Of a DNA stretch of 64,000 nt, positions 42,217 to 52,761 are shown in pieces. The notes below the pieces were generated by a model. The model was not told where the DNA came from, did no database searches, and worked only from the letters and a program-made list of their open reading frames with translations. How positions within the stretch are numbered: the stretch's first letter is position 1; each line of letters starts with the position of its first letter. Source of the stretch: an uncultured delta proteobacterium (lineage in GTDB: Bacteria; Desulfobacterota; Desulfomonilia; Desulfomonilales; Desulfomonilaceae); assembly GCA_963789265.1 (NCBI GenBank), contig CAWBKB010000005.1, positions 160,001 through 224,000 on the forward strand, in the 5' to 3' direction. The translations under genes were made by a program, and so were the position numbers.

Positions 42217-44175
42217 CTAGAACGATCCGACGACCCGCAACTCGATACCAAAAATCGGATCGATCTGCCTCTTTGGATTGACACCCCAAGCCGCCGGATT
42301 CATGTCTCCAAAGGCTGTCTTTGGCCCACTAGGGTTGTTCATCGACGCTTGAGCCCAATTTGGCACCGCCTTGTCAACGCAGGCCCAGCTAAACCATTGC
42401 CCGGGCTGCCAGTACGCGGATGAGAAGTTTATGGTAAATCCTTCCAGGAGCTTCCAGTCAAACCCTGCGTCGATTTCCCAACCCAGGTTGGCATCCGGTA
42501 TAGAGGGGGCACCTTCCCTCGCCACATCATGATAAAGGGTCACCACACCGGACGGCAACCCACTTGTCGTAGAAGTGGCGGGCTTGCCGAACGTCCCTGT
42601 ATAACCTATAGCCGGCGCCGTATAATGTAAATTTATCGCCCCATTGGGTACAATGGGCTTGATGAACCCCCACCCATAGCCGCTCTTGGATGCTCTGTCC
42701 GCCCAGAAGAAGCTCAAATAGGTATTCAGGTTGGATGCCACCGCGTAGTCCAGTCTGGCCCCGTAAACCGAAGCGTCTTCTACATACCCGTTTCCTGTGT
42801 CACCGTTAATATGAGTGCCCAGACCGTATGCATAGACCATGAGCAAACTGTAGGGCCGAAACAAACCGGTGTTCGAGTTAGAGCAAGACGGTCTCACGTT
42901 GGTGAAAGAACCAACGGTGGAAGTGCTGGTCCTGCCGGCCTGAAATAAAACTCCGGTTTTGTCTATCTGTGCGCCATTTCTCCGGTCAGGTCCCGATGAC
43001 CAGGCATAGATTACGGACATCTTGGCCGGGCCGCAAAGAAAGCCCCCTTCCGCGACGGCTCGCCAATTCTCGATATAGGTGGTCTCAGCACCGGGGAAGT
43101 GACCGGCTACACCCGGAGTGTTACCAAAGTCCGGGGCTCCTGTCGCCGTCCTCCGAATGTTCCTGTTGATCTGATGATCCCAGTCTAATTCCGTGTTGAA
43201 AAAGAATCGGCCATTGTTGTACTTTAGGTACCATACACCATAATTCTCATAATGCTCTACATACGGCCTGACTTTCCTCGTACCCGGACTGGCTATGATG
43301 CCTTCGCCCCCAACGAGCCATCGGACCGGGTTAAACAGGATGCCCATCTCAAACGGTCCGTTGTGATACCTGACGACTGGAAACGAGAAATCAAATTGCC
43401 GTTTGTTATTCTTGTCGAAATCCTGATTAAAATATCCTGAAGGGCTGCTGGTACCGACAACTTGGATATTCGGGTTGGGAGGAGTTCCGCCAAAGTTCAC
43501 AGTCGTGGTCCCCCTTCTGGATGTATCAACACGCAACCCAAACAGAAACGGGCCGAAAGGAACCTCTAGGGAGATCTTATGGGTGGATCGGGATTCCAAT
43601 CCATTGTAAAACATGCCGATACCGAATATAGAAGGCCTCTTGCCTATGCGGATAAGACCCCACGGAAGTTGGACGTCAGCCCAGAGAGTATTCCAGTACC
43701 CAGGTGAAAAGGATCGTTGAACTCCTTGAAACTTGCTGTTAGCATTTTCTGCCGCAACCAGATTGCCCATGCCAAAATCAACGCTGGGGGTGGTATTCGG
43801 ATTGAGTGTTTCCGCCCAAGCACCTATGTAATAATTGCCGTCGATTCGGATCGCGGGATTGATCCTCAGCTCCATATCCGTACTCATGTACTCGACTTGC
43901 CACGAGGAATCAGAGCCGGATACGAAGTTCCCCGCCTGCTCTCCCAGCCATCCATTGATCGGGGCATAAAAGCCCGCAACCGTGCCTGGGATTCCGCTAC
44001 CAGCGTCCTGATCGTAAGGACCGAAAAAGCCCTGACTGCCCCCCTGGGACCTGTAGTCAAACTCCCATGTAAACGCACCGTCCATAACAAATTCCCAGGC
44101 TCCAGCCGGAGCCCTGAACATGATAACGCTCAGGCAAAGAAATATTGCCAACAACCATACGTTATGTCGATGCAT
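42217..44175 (-). CDS. Large outer-membrane beta-barrel (porin-like) protein
   Basis: Signal peptide ending APAGA|WEF, aromatic/Gly-rich amphipathic strands (LGWEIDAGFDWKL), terminal Phe, RBS AAGGAGG. Confidence 0.7.
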   Translation of the reverse strand: MHRHNVWLLAIFLCLSVIMFRAPAGAWEFVMDGAFTWEFDYRSQGGSQGFFGPYDQDAGSGIPGTVAGFYAPINGWLGEQAGNFVSGSDSSWQVEYMSTDMELRINPAIRIDGNYYIGAWAETLNPNTTPSVDFGMGNLVAAENANSKFQGVQRSFSPGYWNTLWADVQLPWGLIRIGKRPSIFGIGMFYNGLESRSTHKISLEVPFGPFLFGLRVDTSRRGTTTVNFGGTPPNPNIQVVGTSSPSGYFNQDFDKNNKRQFDFSFPVVRYHNGPFEMGILFNPVRWLVGGEGIIASPGTRKVRPYVEHYENYGVWYLKYNNGRFFFNTELDWDHQINRNIRRTATGAPDFGNTPGVAGHFPGAETTYIENWRAVAEGGFLCGPAKMSVIYAWSSGPDRRNGAQIDKTGVLFQAGRTSTSTVGSFTNVRPSCSNSNTGLFRPYSLLMVYAYGLGTHINGDTGNGYVEDASVYGARLDYAVASNLNTYLSFFWADRASKSGYGWGFIKPIVPNGAINLHYTAPAIGYTGTFGKPATSTTSGLPSGVVTLYHDVAREGAPSIPDANLGWEIDAGFDWKLLEGFTINFSSAYWQPGQWFSWACVDKAVPNWAQASMNNPSGPKTAFGDMNPAAWGVNPKRQIDPIFGIELRVVGSF

Positions 44176-44491
44176 TTGATATTCCTCCTTAACGTACAAG
44201 GACGGAGAGGATTCCGTCCTCAAATAAAGAAGCACTCGATCTCTTCAGAATCTTGCAAGATAGCGATTCCGAAGCGATTCAAAGCTCATTTTCAAACATA
44301 GATTGAGAATTTAACAGCATATTAGGTAATGCATAGCGTTAGTGTCAAACCAAAAGATGCAAGAGGCTCCTAGGCGTCTGGGAACCTCCTTCCTTCTCTG
44401 AGCTAGTACGAAGGTTCTTTTGGCAAATGTCACGGTGTTCTCTGAACAGAGAAGAGGAGATTACGCCGACTTTGGTTGAGATTTCTTCTTG

Positions 44492-44507
44492 AGCAATTAA
44501 CATGCCA
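44492..44507 (-). promoter_or_regulatory. Sigma-54 (-24/-12) promoter upstream of the porin-like gene
   Basis: Minus strand TGGCATGTTAATTGCT with exact spacing. Confidence 0.65.
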
Positions 44508-44734
44508 CGACGGACTCTTTGTTCAGATGCGAAAATGGTAAACAGTTCACACTGGCACGTGTCAGATTTTTTGTCAGTTCGTAAAAGACCCCGGTCAGAA
44601 TGAAGACATCAGCGCGAGTTTGCAGTTCAAAATCCCGACGCGAGAAAATTTCTTGGAACCGAAAGGCAACTGGGGGAACTTAAAATCTTGGCTGTCACGC
44701 GGTATAGAGAAATCTAAACTACATGGTATACTTA

Positions 44735-44907
44735 GTACTCGATTTCCTAAATACGGTGTCTTATTTCGGGCGATGTTGTGTGTGCTTGCGATCTTATTCG
44801 ACGCCGTCACCCCGGACTCCGATCCGGGGTCCAGTCTGGGTTCCCGCGTACTCGGGAATGACGGCAATGGTGCGAGAATACGAGGCCGAATTTAGGCGTC
44901 AGAGCAC
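44735..44907. mobile_element. MITE family A copy with TTA flanks
   Basis: TTA-gtactcgatttcctaaatacggt ... gccgaatttaggcgtcagagcac-TTA; cargo of CGTCA-type palindromes. Confidence 0.65.
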
Positions 44908-45345
44908 TTAGTGGAACCACGGTGAAGGGCCGACGCGAGTTCGTACCCTCAGAGAGGATCTGAACTTCGTCCTAACAAAGATGATTGTTGGTGCTTCCGG
45001 CTCTGCTTCGTGAAGTCGGCCGGTCCAAAACAACAAGGACAAAGAAATTTCTAGCAAAAGAGGGAAGTCGCTGATAAGCTTAAAGACGATTGATGACACG
45101 AACCCATTTGTCTTGTCAGCCTGGAGTTCGGTGGCTTGAACAAGGTTTCTGATCCGAGATGCGCTCAGTTATCAGTGCGCGGTCATACATCGGCAGATGA
45201 CATTCGCCGATACAAGAACGTTGAGGAATGCCCTAAAAGCCTGTTCAAGCGGTCGTGTCTTGAAAATGGTTTCTTTTCCTTTTTCCTCTTCCTTAACCTG
45301 CAAGGACACACCATCTTTTAACAAAGAGACATAGAGGAGGTTGAC

Positions 45346-45573
45346 ATGACAAACGTCATTATCGCGTTAACACTTGTGGCATCTCTGGCCTTGGTTCCGA
45401 TTGCTTTGGCCAGGGATGCAAACAGAGATTCGGAACACGAGGTTTGGCATGAGCAGCGGATCTCCAAGAAAGACTGGCACGACGTAACGTACAAACATGG
45501 GAGCGCGAAAAAGGACGCCCTCAAGAGGTACATGGAGGATTCGCGGAAGCTCTGGAATCCTAGTGCGCGCTGA
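45346..45573 (+). CDS. Small secreted hypothetical protein
   Basis: Strong RBS GAGGAGG; signal peptide ending ALA; charged mature part. Confidence 0.65.
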   Translation: MTNVIIALTLVASLALVPIALARDANRDSEHEVWHEQRISKKDWHDVTYKHGSAKKDALKRYMEDSRKLWNPSAR

Positions 45574-45755
45574 GCACTGGGCCGTCAGAATGTCTTGAGA
45601 TATTATGAAGACCGCAGCTAGAAGCCGGTCACGCCTGCAATCGGCTTCTGTTAACGTCCTGTTGCATATTTGCCGAAAAGTCGGATAAAACGGATTCCAA
45701 GTTTTGACCGAACCAACCAAGCGGCTGGTTGAATTCGGTCCGATTCCTGCCGCGT

Positions 45756-47760
45756 CTACACTTCGCAAGCCAAGGTGAAGCCACCATCAAGAGCGCTTCC
45801 AATACGTCCAACTTCTTTTGCATCGCCAATGGCGCACACATCCACGCCGGACTGCTCAAGTTTCCGGCTTAGAGAATTCTCCGGCCGCGAGCCCATTGCC
45901 AGCACTACCGAATCCGCAGGTATGGTGATGTCATTACCTTTGGAATCAGTGTATATTACCTTCTCCAAGGTGATATCTTTCATTTTCGCCTCGGTCACTA
46001 TGGTTACACCTCTCATTTTGAGTTCTTTAAGAAGCACCCAGCGAGTAGAAGGCCCAATATCCTGGCCAATCCGTGAGACCATCTCAATAACCGTCACCGT
46101 CTTTACGCCTTTGAGCATCAGTTCCCGAAGCACCTCGGGGGACTCTGCCTGGTGCATCGTGAGAAAATAGACCTGGCTCGGGGAAATCGTCCCTTTTGAA
46201 GCCAAGAAGACCGCTGTTTCCAGACCGACCGACCCTCCACCAACCACTACTACATTCGAACCTGTCTGAACCTTTCCCCTCAGAACATCCCAGGCCTGGA
46301 ACACGTTAGGGGCTTCCACCGCCTCTATGGGCGGCTTGAATGGAGCAGCGCCCGTGGCCACGACCACCAGATCAGGTTTTTCTGCTGCCACGAGCTCAGG
46401 CGTGACCTTCGTGCCTGTGCGCACATCTACCTCGTACTTGTGCAAAACAGCACGATAGTAGTCGAAGAGATAGTGGAAATCATGCTTATGGGTCGTTTCC
46501 GCGGACCAGTTGACTTGTCCTCCGATCTGCTGTTTCTTTCTCGCAAAGAATAATTTCGTGTCCACGCTGTGCCGCAGTGACCGCGAATTCGCATCCGGAC
46601 GGACCCGCGCCGGCCACAAGGATCTTCTTTGGGGACGCGGCCTTTACTATGACGGTCTCCTTTTCACGACCACACCTGGGATTGACCATGCAGCCAACGG
46701 GCTTTAATTGAAAAACGTGATCAAAGCACCTCTGGTTGCAGGCCACGCATCGACGAATTTCCTCGGCCCGCCCATCTCGCGCCTTGTTCACAAATTCTGG
46801 ATCGGCCAACATTCCTCTGGCAACCCCTACCAGATCGGCTACTCCCTCCCTGAGCACTTCTTCGGCTATGAAAGGGTCGTTGATACGGTTGCAGCCTATA
46901 ACCGGGATGCCGACGTTTTCTTTGATACCTCTTGCGAGGTAAACATAACCCGCTTGGGGGAGATCCATTGTTATCTGTGGAACTCGGCTCTCATGCCATC
47001 CTCCTGTAACGTTGATGCAGTCAGCCTCCGCTTTTTCCACCGCCGCGGCAAAGACACGTGCTTCCAGGTTGGTGTGGCTGTCGGGCACGAAGTCATTCCC
47101 CGCCACACGAACAATGACGGCCATGTCCGACCCCACTTCTTGTCGAACACGTTTGACCACTTCCAGCCCGAAGCGCATGCGGTTTTCCAACGGACCGCCA
47201 TAATCGTCCTCTCGCTTATTGGTTTTGGGGGAGAGAAACTGACATATCAGATAGCCCGCGGAGGCCAGCACCTCAACTGCATCAAACCCGGCCTGCTTGG
47301 CCCTTCGCGCAGCTTTGACGAAATCGTCCTGGACGCGTTCGATATCGTCCAGGGTCATAGGAGTTGTCTTTTGTCGCGTGAAATAGGTCGTGTACTCGGA
47401 AGGGGCAAGGGTGGGAAGCCCTCTAAGACCGCAGAAGGAGTAGGCACCCGCCATGTACAACTGCACCGCGGTTTTTGACCCGTTCCGATGTATAGCTTCT
47501 GTGAACCTTTGCAGCCCGGGAACGTAGCGATCGTCTTTGATGGAGAGCATCAAGCCGACACCCGATGCCTGATCGTTGATCTCCGCGCCGCCGATAATGA
47601 TCAATCCCGCGCCTCCTCGGGCACGGGTCGCGTAGAAATCGATGAAACGGTCCGTAACTTGTCCGTCGGGGGTGTAATTAAGGTGCATGGCCGTCATGAC
47701 AACTCTGTTGGACAGAGACATGGGACCTACGGAAATCGGCTCGAACAGTTTTGTAATCAA
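45756..47760 (-). CDS. fadH: 2,4-dienoyl-CoA reductase / OYE-like flavin oxidoreductase; +1 frameshift near 46533
   Basis: NRVVMTAMH, GYLICQFLSP.TN.R.D.YGG, C.ACNQRC.DH, GAGPSG, then VVATGA, GGGSVGLETA, AIGDA in the second frame. Confidence 0.82.
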
Positions 47761-47826
47761 TGAAACCTCCAGGTTGAATCAGATTTCGACCGCAATGAAG
47801 TGTGTGGCATTGTGTTCAATATAATA

Positions 47827-47996
47827 ATTCACCGCGGAGACCGCAGAGATCGCGGAGAACAGTCTCTTCTTCCCATTTCTGCGATATGGGTACGGCGCAT
47901 CAAGGACAATGCCATCCTATCCGTGAGACGGAGAAGTCACGTCGTCCTGTATAAGCCATTTTCGCCTCTGCGTTCTCTGTGCACTCAGCGGTGAAT
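47827..47996. repeat. Inverted repeat pair ATTCACCGC-GAGA-CGCAGAG / CTCTGCG-TCTCT-GCGGTGAAT
   Basis: Ends are reverse-complementary; a partial copy lies near 61245. Confidence 0.6.
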
Positions 47997-48025
47997 CCTT
48001 TTGGCCGCTCTTTCAAGGCCCCACA

Positions 48026-48859
48026 TCACGCGCCTTTGAAATTTCCTTTTCTTTTTTCGAGATACGCGGAAATGGCCTCAAAAAGATCCTCCGATGGCAT
48101 AATCATGCTCGATCTCGCTGCATTGTAGTCCAGAGCCTGATCCATCGGCACCTCATCGTTGAAGAGGAAAACATCCTTGGCACCCTGGACCGCGAATGGC
48201 GGATTATCCGCTATTTCTATGGCCATTTCCAAAGCCTTGGTGTCGAGCGTGTCCTTATCCGGATATACGTTGTTCACCAGGTTGATGGCCCGGGCATGCT
48301 GGGCGTTGAACCGATGGCCTCGAAAAGCTATTTCGCGCGCATGCCCTTGCCCCACCACTTTCGGGAGCCGCTGCAGCCCTCCGACATCCGTGATAATGGC
48401 AAGCGTAGCCTCAGGAAGAGCAAACACGGTCTCTTCCGAACAGAGACGTATGTCGCAACACAGGATAAGTTCCAGTCCGGCGCCAAGGCAGTGGCCGTGT
48501 ATTGCCGCAATCGTGGGCTGTGAGAGGCGCTCCAGCCGCGTATGGATCGCTTGAACTTGCTTTACCTCTTTGAAGAGAGCCACCTTTTGGGCGGCATTCG
48601 CCGGGCCGGTGACCGTTGCTATTATCTTATTTTCAGGGCTCAGATCCAGACCTGCGCAAAAAGATTTGCCCGCGCCTGCCAGGAGTACGACCCTGGCCTC
48701 GGGGTCTTTTTCTGCCATTCCGATGGCCCGGTCCAGGTCCTTCCACAAGCTGAGACTCATTGCGTTCCGCTTTTGGGGCCTGTTAAGCGTGATAAAACCT
48801 ACCCGCCCATCCCTGTGGTAGGTCACGAGAGCCCCGGTTGCCGATACCTCCATGTCCAT
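48026..48859 (-). CDS. Enoyl-CoA hydratase/isomerase (crotonase) family protein
   Basis: ITLNRPQKRNA, FCAGLDL, AAIHGHCLGAGLEL, LPEA, DVGGLQRL. Confidence 0.9.
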   Translation of the reverse strand: MDMEVSATGALVTYHRDGRVGFITLNRPQKRNAMSLSLWKDLDRAIGMAEKDPEARVVLLAGAGKSFCAGLDLSPENKIIATVTGPANAAQKVALFKEVKQVQAIHTRLERLSQPTIAAIHGHCLGAGLELILCCDIRLCSEETVFALPEATLAIITDVGGLQRLPKVVGQGHAREIAFRGHRFNAQHARAINLVNNVYPDKDTLDTKALEMAIEIADNPPFAVQGAKDVFLFNDEVPMDQALDYNAARSSMIMPSEDLFEAISAYLEKRKGNFKGA

Positions 48860-48944
48860 GATCGAATTTCTCCTCACTTTCAGACTCATGTCTCGACGCC
48901 CGTGCGGAGGCGTCCGGCCGCTGTATCGAGAGCTGACGCTCAGT

Positions 48945-51345
48945 TCACAATTCCTCTGATTCACTCCCGTATGCCCCATGTACAAGCTGTATTCCGACAG
49001 GCCTGCCACCCTTATGGATGGCCTCCCGGCCGAGTGCTGCATTTACCCTGAGATCCAGTACATGACGATCGAGAGAAGGGATCCGGGCTGAATCGGGCCG
49101 AGTCGCTTTGAGACACTCTAACAGCGTTTCCTGGAACTCCTTATCGGAAAGCTCCGGAATTGTTTCCAGCAATCTCATGGCCTCTTCAGATCTTTCCATG
49201 TTGAGAAGGCAGCGAACTCTTTTCAGCATGGAGGACGGTACTTCCTCTGAAATTGCCTGGTAATATTCCATAGCCCATGCGTACTTCCCTGCGTTGACCA
49301 GTGTGTCCGCCAATGCGTTCAGCGGGGTGGGCTTGCCTTCCAGCAAACCCGCCAAACTGCGCACGTTGTCGCGTTTATCCAATTTTGCCATCATGTGTAC
49401 CAGCATTAGAAAATGACCTGGAGTCCTCAGCAGAGCACCGGGGTCAGCATCACGCAAAGCCAGGTAGTAAAGGACCTCGTTTTGTTCTCGTAGCAAATCG
49501 AGATCGGGAAATGGATACGTGTTGGATATTCGGAGGTGCTTCACTTCATCGATGGTGCTTGCATTCACCGATATCAATACCTTGTGGATCTTTGCATGCA
49601 CTTGGATTTCTTTTCCCCGCAACTCTTCTTCAACGTAGTCATCGGGAAAAACAAAGTCGAAGTCAATCTCGTTTCCCTCTTTGGCGCCGACAAAACCCGC
49701 TTCAAAAGTTGGGAGCAAAAGCCCTCGTCCCAGCAACACATCCCAGTACTTTCCTGATATTCCTGTAAAGGGAACCCCTTGGATCCAACTCCGTGAGTCG
49801 AATATGATTCGGTCTGTGGGACCGGCCGAGGTTCCGCTCTCTCTAAAAAATCCCAAGGAGGAAATCAGCTCCTTCACCGCTGACTCTTCCCCATTAAGTG
49901 TTGCGCGGTATCCTTCCAAGAATTGTTCTAGCAGCGAAAACTCCTCAATGGCGCTGGCGGCAAGGGCCCCATACGCATGAAACATCGACTCATCCGATAG
50001 ATCCTCCCGATTCGTCAGCAAGAAATCCAGGATCTCAAATAAGCGCTGTTTGTAATAGACGTCTCTTTCCATCTGTTCATTGGCAAGGGCCCAAAGGTTG
50101 CGCACCTTTTTGATGTCCGCCTTTGACATTTGTTCAGTTTCGTACCGGTCCCCAACAGAGAGGTAAGTGGGTCTGTATCCGGGATGGGGCCTGATGCCGA
50201 AGCGTTTCGGGCCGTGTTGGTACACCGATCCAAAGTAAAGCTGCATTTGTTGTGAGCCTGAGTTCGATTGAATAGGGATTTCCAGTGAGCGTAGGAAATT
50301 CATGGTCTCACGCGCGTCATCGACAGTTTCACCCGGAAGCCCGAAAATTGAGAAAAGTTCCGCTTCCATACCCAGTGAATGAACAACCTTGATATTTTCT
50401 TCAAGCTGCCTCAAGAATATCCCCTTGTTGGTATTCTTGAGCACGCCGGGGCTTCCGGATTCGAGGCCGAACGCCACCGTGTCGGCTCCGGCTTGCGCCA
50501 GCTTCTTCAGCAGGGAAGGATCCACGAGATCGGCCCTGGTTTGGAGCCAGAACGGAGTGGTAATCTCCCTCCTGATTTTCTCTTCGAGTAGTCTCTCCGT
50601 TCTGTCCCTGTTCTTCGGTGAAATTGGGGTCGGCAAACCAGAACCGTTTTATTCCCTTTCCTGCGAGGAACTCCATTTCAGCTATTGTTCTTTCAACAGA
50701 ATGGCAGCGTACTTTACCTCCGCAAATGCGGGGAGTTATGCAGAACCAGCAAACATGTCTGCACCCCCTGGAGGAAAGGAGAATTGCCGTATTCTTTCCT
50801 TCCAGATTAAGCAGATTCGCCAAATAAGGGGAAGGATAGAAATCTAGATCTTCAGGCCCTTCCGGCACCGGACCGCTCTCGATGATGCGTCCGTCGCTCC
50901 TGCACGTAATTCCCGGGATCTCTTCAAGGTTCCCGCCCGCCTGAAGGGCCCGGCCTATTGCGGGCAGTATCACTTCGCCCTCTCCCCTTACGAGGGCATC
51001 CACGTCGCAGAGAGCTTCCAGGGCACCTGAAGGCATGGCCGATACCTGCGGACCGCCTAGAACCACCTGTATTTTGGGGTGCCTTGACTTGATGTACCGG
51101 CAGAGAAAGCGAATCCGGCTCATGGTGCTCTGATAGGCCGTGAACCCTACAACCCATGGGTCGATACGGCGAATCCACTTTTCAAGGTTCCTAAGGCTCA
51201 AGGGCCTGTCCCTAAGGTCATCGAGGATTATGCCGTCGAATCCGCCGGCCTTGAGCGCCGCAAGGATATAGCCCGTGGAGATAGGGATACTCTCTGACGA
51301 TTCATAGCCCACATCATGGTTCACATTGATAAAGAGAAAAGCCAC
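48945..51345 (-). CDS. B12-binding radical SAM protein fused to a trigger-factor-type FKBP domain and TPR-like helices; +1 frameshift near 50614
   Basis: VVLGGP, RGEGE, SSRGCRHVCWFC, FADPNF|T, FGLESGS, IFGLPGET; then LPTFEAGFVGAKEG...FPDDY..EELRGK. Confidence 0.8.
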
Positions 51346-51461
51346 GGATCACCGTTCCATTGCTGCATAGTTGAGGAGAGGTATAAGAATAACACCAAAT
51401 GAATTTGACAGACAACATGCGCGGTTGACCGACCGTCCCGCCCCTGCTAAATCATGACCTC

Positions 51462-51749
51462 ATGAAAAAGATCAAGAGTCCGTGGTATGGAGCTTTGTGG
51501 ACACTGGTTTGGACGGCAGCCCTTATCTGGTTCCTTGCCTCAGGCATGTTCAATACAAGGGAATGCGTCGGGTTGGTCCTGATATGGTTGGTTCTTGTTG
51601 GTTTTACCGGCTATTTGATTCTGCGCCACCTGAAACATAGAGCGGGGCACGCGGTGGAGCCGCCATCACGTGTCGTTGCTCTCCCTGCACTGAACGCGCC
51701 CTGCCCATGCGGCTCCGGCAAAAAATACAAGCGCTGTTGCGGAGCCTGA
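51462..51749 (+). CDS. Small membrane protein with C-terminal SEC-C zinc motif
   Basis: Two TM segments, then NAPCPCGSGKKYKRCCG. Confidence 0.8.
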   Translation: MKKIKSPWYGALWTLVWTAALIWFLASGMFNTRECVGLVLIWLVLVGFTGYLILRHLKHRAGHAVEPPSRVVALPALNAPCPCGSGKKYKRCCGA

Positions 51750-51768
51750 GGCAAACAAAAGAGACTAA

Positions 51769-51979
51769 GTTCAGTTTTTCGTAAGTACGGTCGCAGATTT
51801 TCACGCTGGAGATTGCCAGTGGGACGGGCATCCTGCCCGTCATCCATAACAGACAGGCTGGAAGCCTGTCCCACCATTCACGCGCAATGACATTCCCATT
51901 ACATGTCATAGCGAGCGCAGCGAAGCAATCTTCTTCCGGACCGAGTTCTTAGCTTCACCGTATTTGCGAAAAGGAGCAC
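51769..51979. mobile_element. MITE family A copy with TAA flanks, related to the GIY-YIG element
   Basis: TAA-gttcagtttttcgtaagtacggtcgcagattttcac ... accgtatttgcgaaaaggagcac-TAA. Left end and cargo match 10491-10540 and 11072-11157. Confidence 0.7.
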
Positions 51980-51987
51980 TAAGATTA

Positions 51988-52557
51988 CTATCTCGTCAAC
52001 CTGTACGTGCTTTCTATCGTGTTAATTACTTGTTGCCGCGCCTGATCCATCCCCCAACCACTATCCAGCAGACAGGTTAAATATAGCCTGGCGGTCATTT
52101 GCATCTCAGGCTCGGTCCGAGCCCTAGCAATCATCATGGGATACCGTGAGCAGTCAGGCCGCTGCTGCACTTGAGGTGGCGGGGGAGGCTGATAAGCCGG
52201 TTCTGGATGCCATTGCTGGAGGACCCGGCTGCTGGTAATGCTCGTGAGACCGCGACGCCCGTTTGCGCGAGGGAGCTGGAGCAGCATTTTCGGTACATAG
52301 GGCTTCACCGATCCGTAACGAAGGCTGTTGCTATTCTGCTGCTGGTACCGTCGCGAGTGCCGACGGTGTCGGGAATCAAGCGGTTGGGTCGAACCGGTGT
52401 CGAGGTGGTTCCCGCGGTTGTCGAATTCAGGGGCTTTGGGCACGCTGTATGGAAAATCCTGGGCCACGACACTCTGAGTGACCACAGTTCCTACCAGGAC
52501 CATAGCCACCGATAATACAATAACCATACCGAATCTCATCATAACAACGATCTCCAT
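51988..52557 (-). CDS. Secreted Pro/Gln-rich hypothetical protein
   Basis: Signal peptide, low-complexity linker, C-terminal domain with two Cys; probable compensating indels at about 52200-52290. Confidence 0.65.
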   Translation of the reverse strand: MEIVVMMRFGMVIVLSVAMVLVGTVVTQSVVAQDFPYSVPKAPEFDNRGNHLDTGSTQPLDSRHRRHSRRYQQQNSNSLRYGSVKPYVPKMLLQLPRANGRRGLTSITSSRVLQQWHPEPAYQPPPPPQVQQRPDCSRYPMMIARARTEPEMQMTARLYLTCLLDSGWGMDQARQQVINTIESTYRLTR

Positions 52558-52761
52558 CTAAATCGGCGCCGCACTATATCACAAGCACGTTGAGAACGCT
52601 ATTTCGCCCCACGGGCGGGTAGTGCCCCAATTCAGTGTGTCAATCGTTATTCCTGCGTACGCCGTCCCGCGTTTCGCGGGACAGTAGGATCGGCCACCCC
52701 GCGGGACGCGGAGCTTCTTCCCCTTATTGAAGGGGGGCCTTGACCGTTGGGGTTCGGAAAT

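Noticed and set aside
13384..47478. Long antisense or overlapping ORFs (e.g. 13384-14043, 21516-22175, 24887-25654, 32316-33011, 46708-47478)
   Set aside because: They shadow well-supported genes on the opposite strand and show no motifs.
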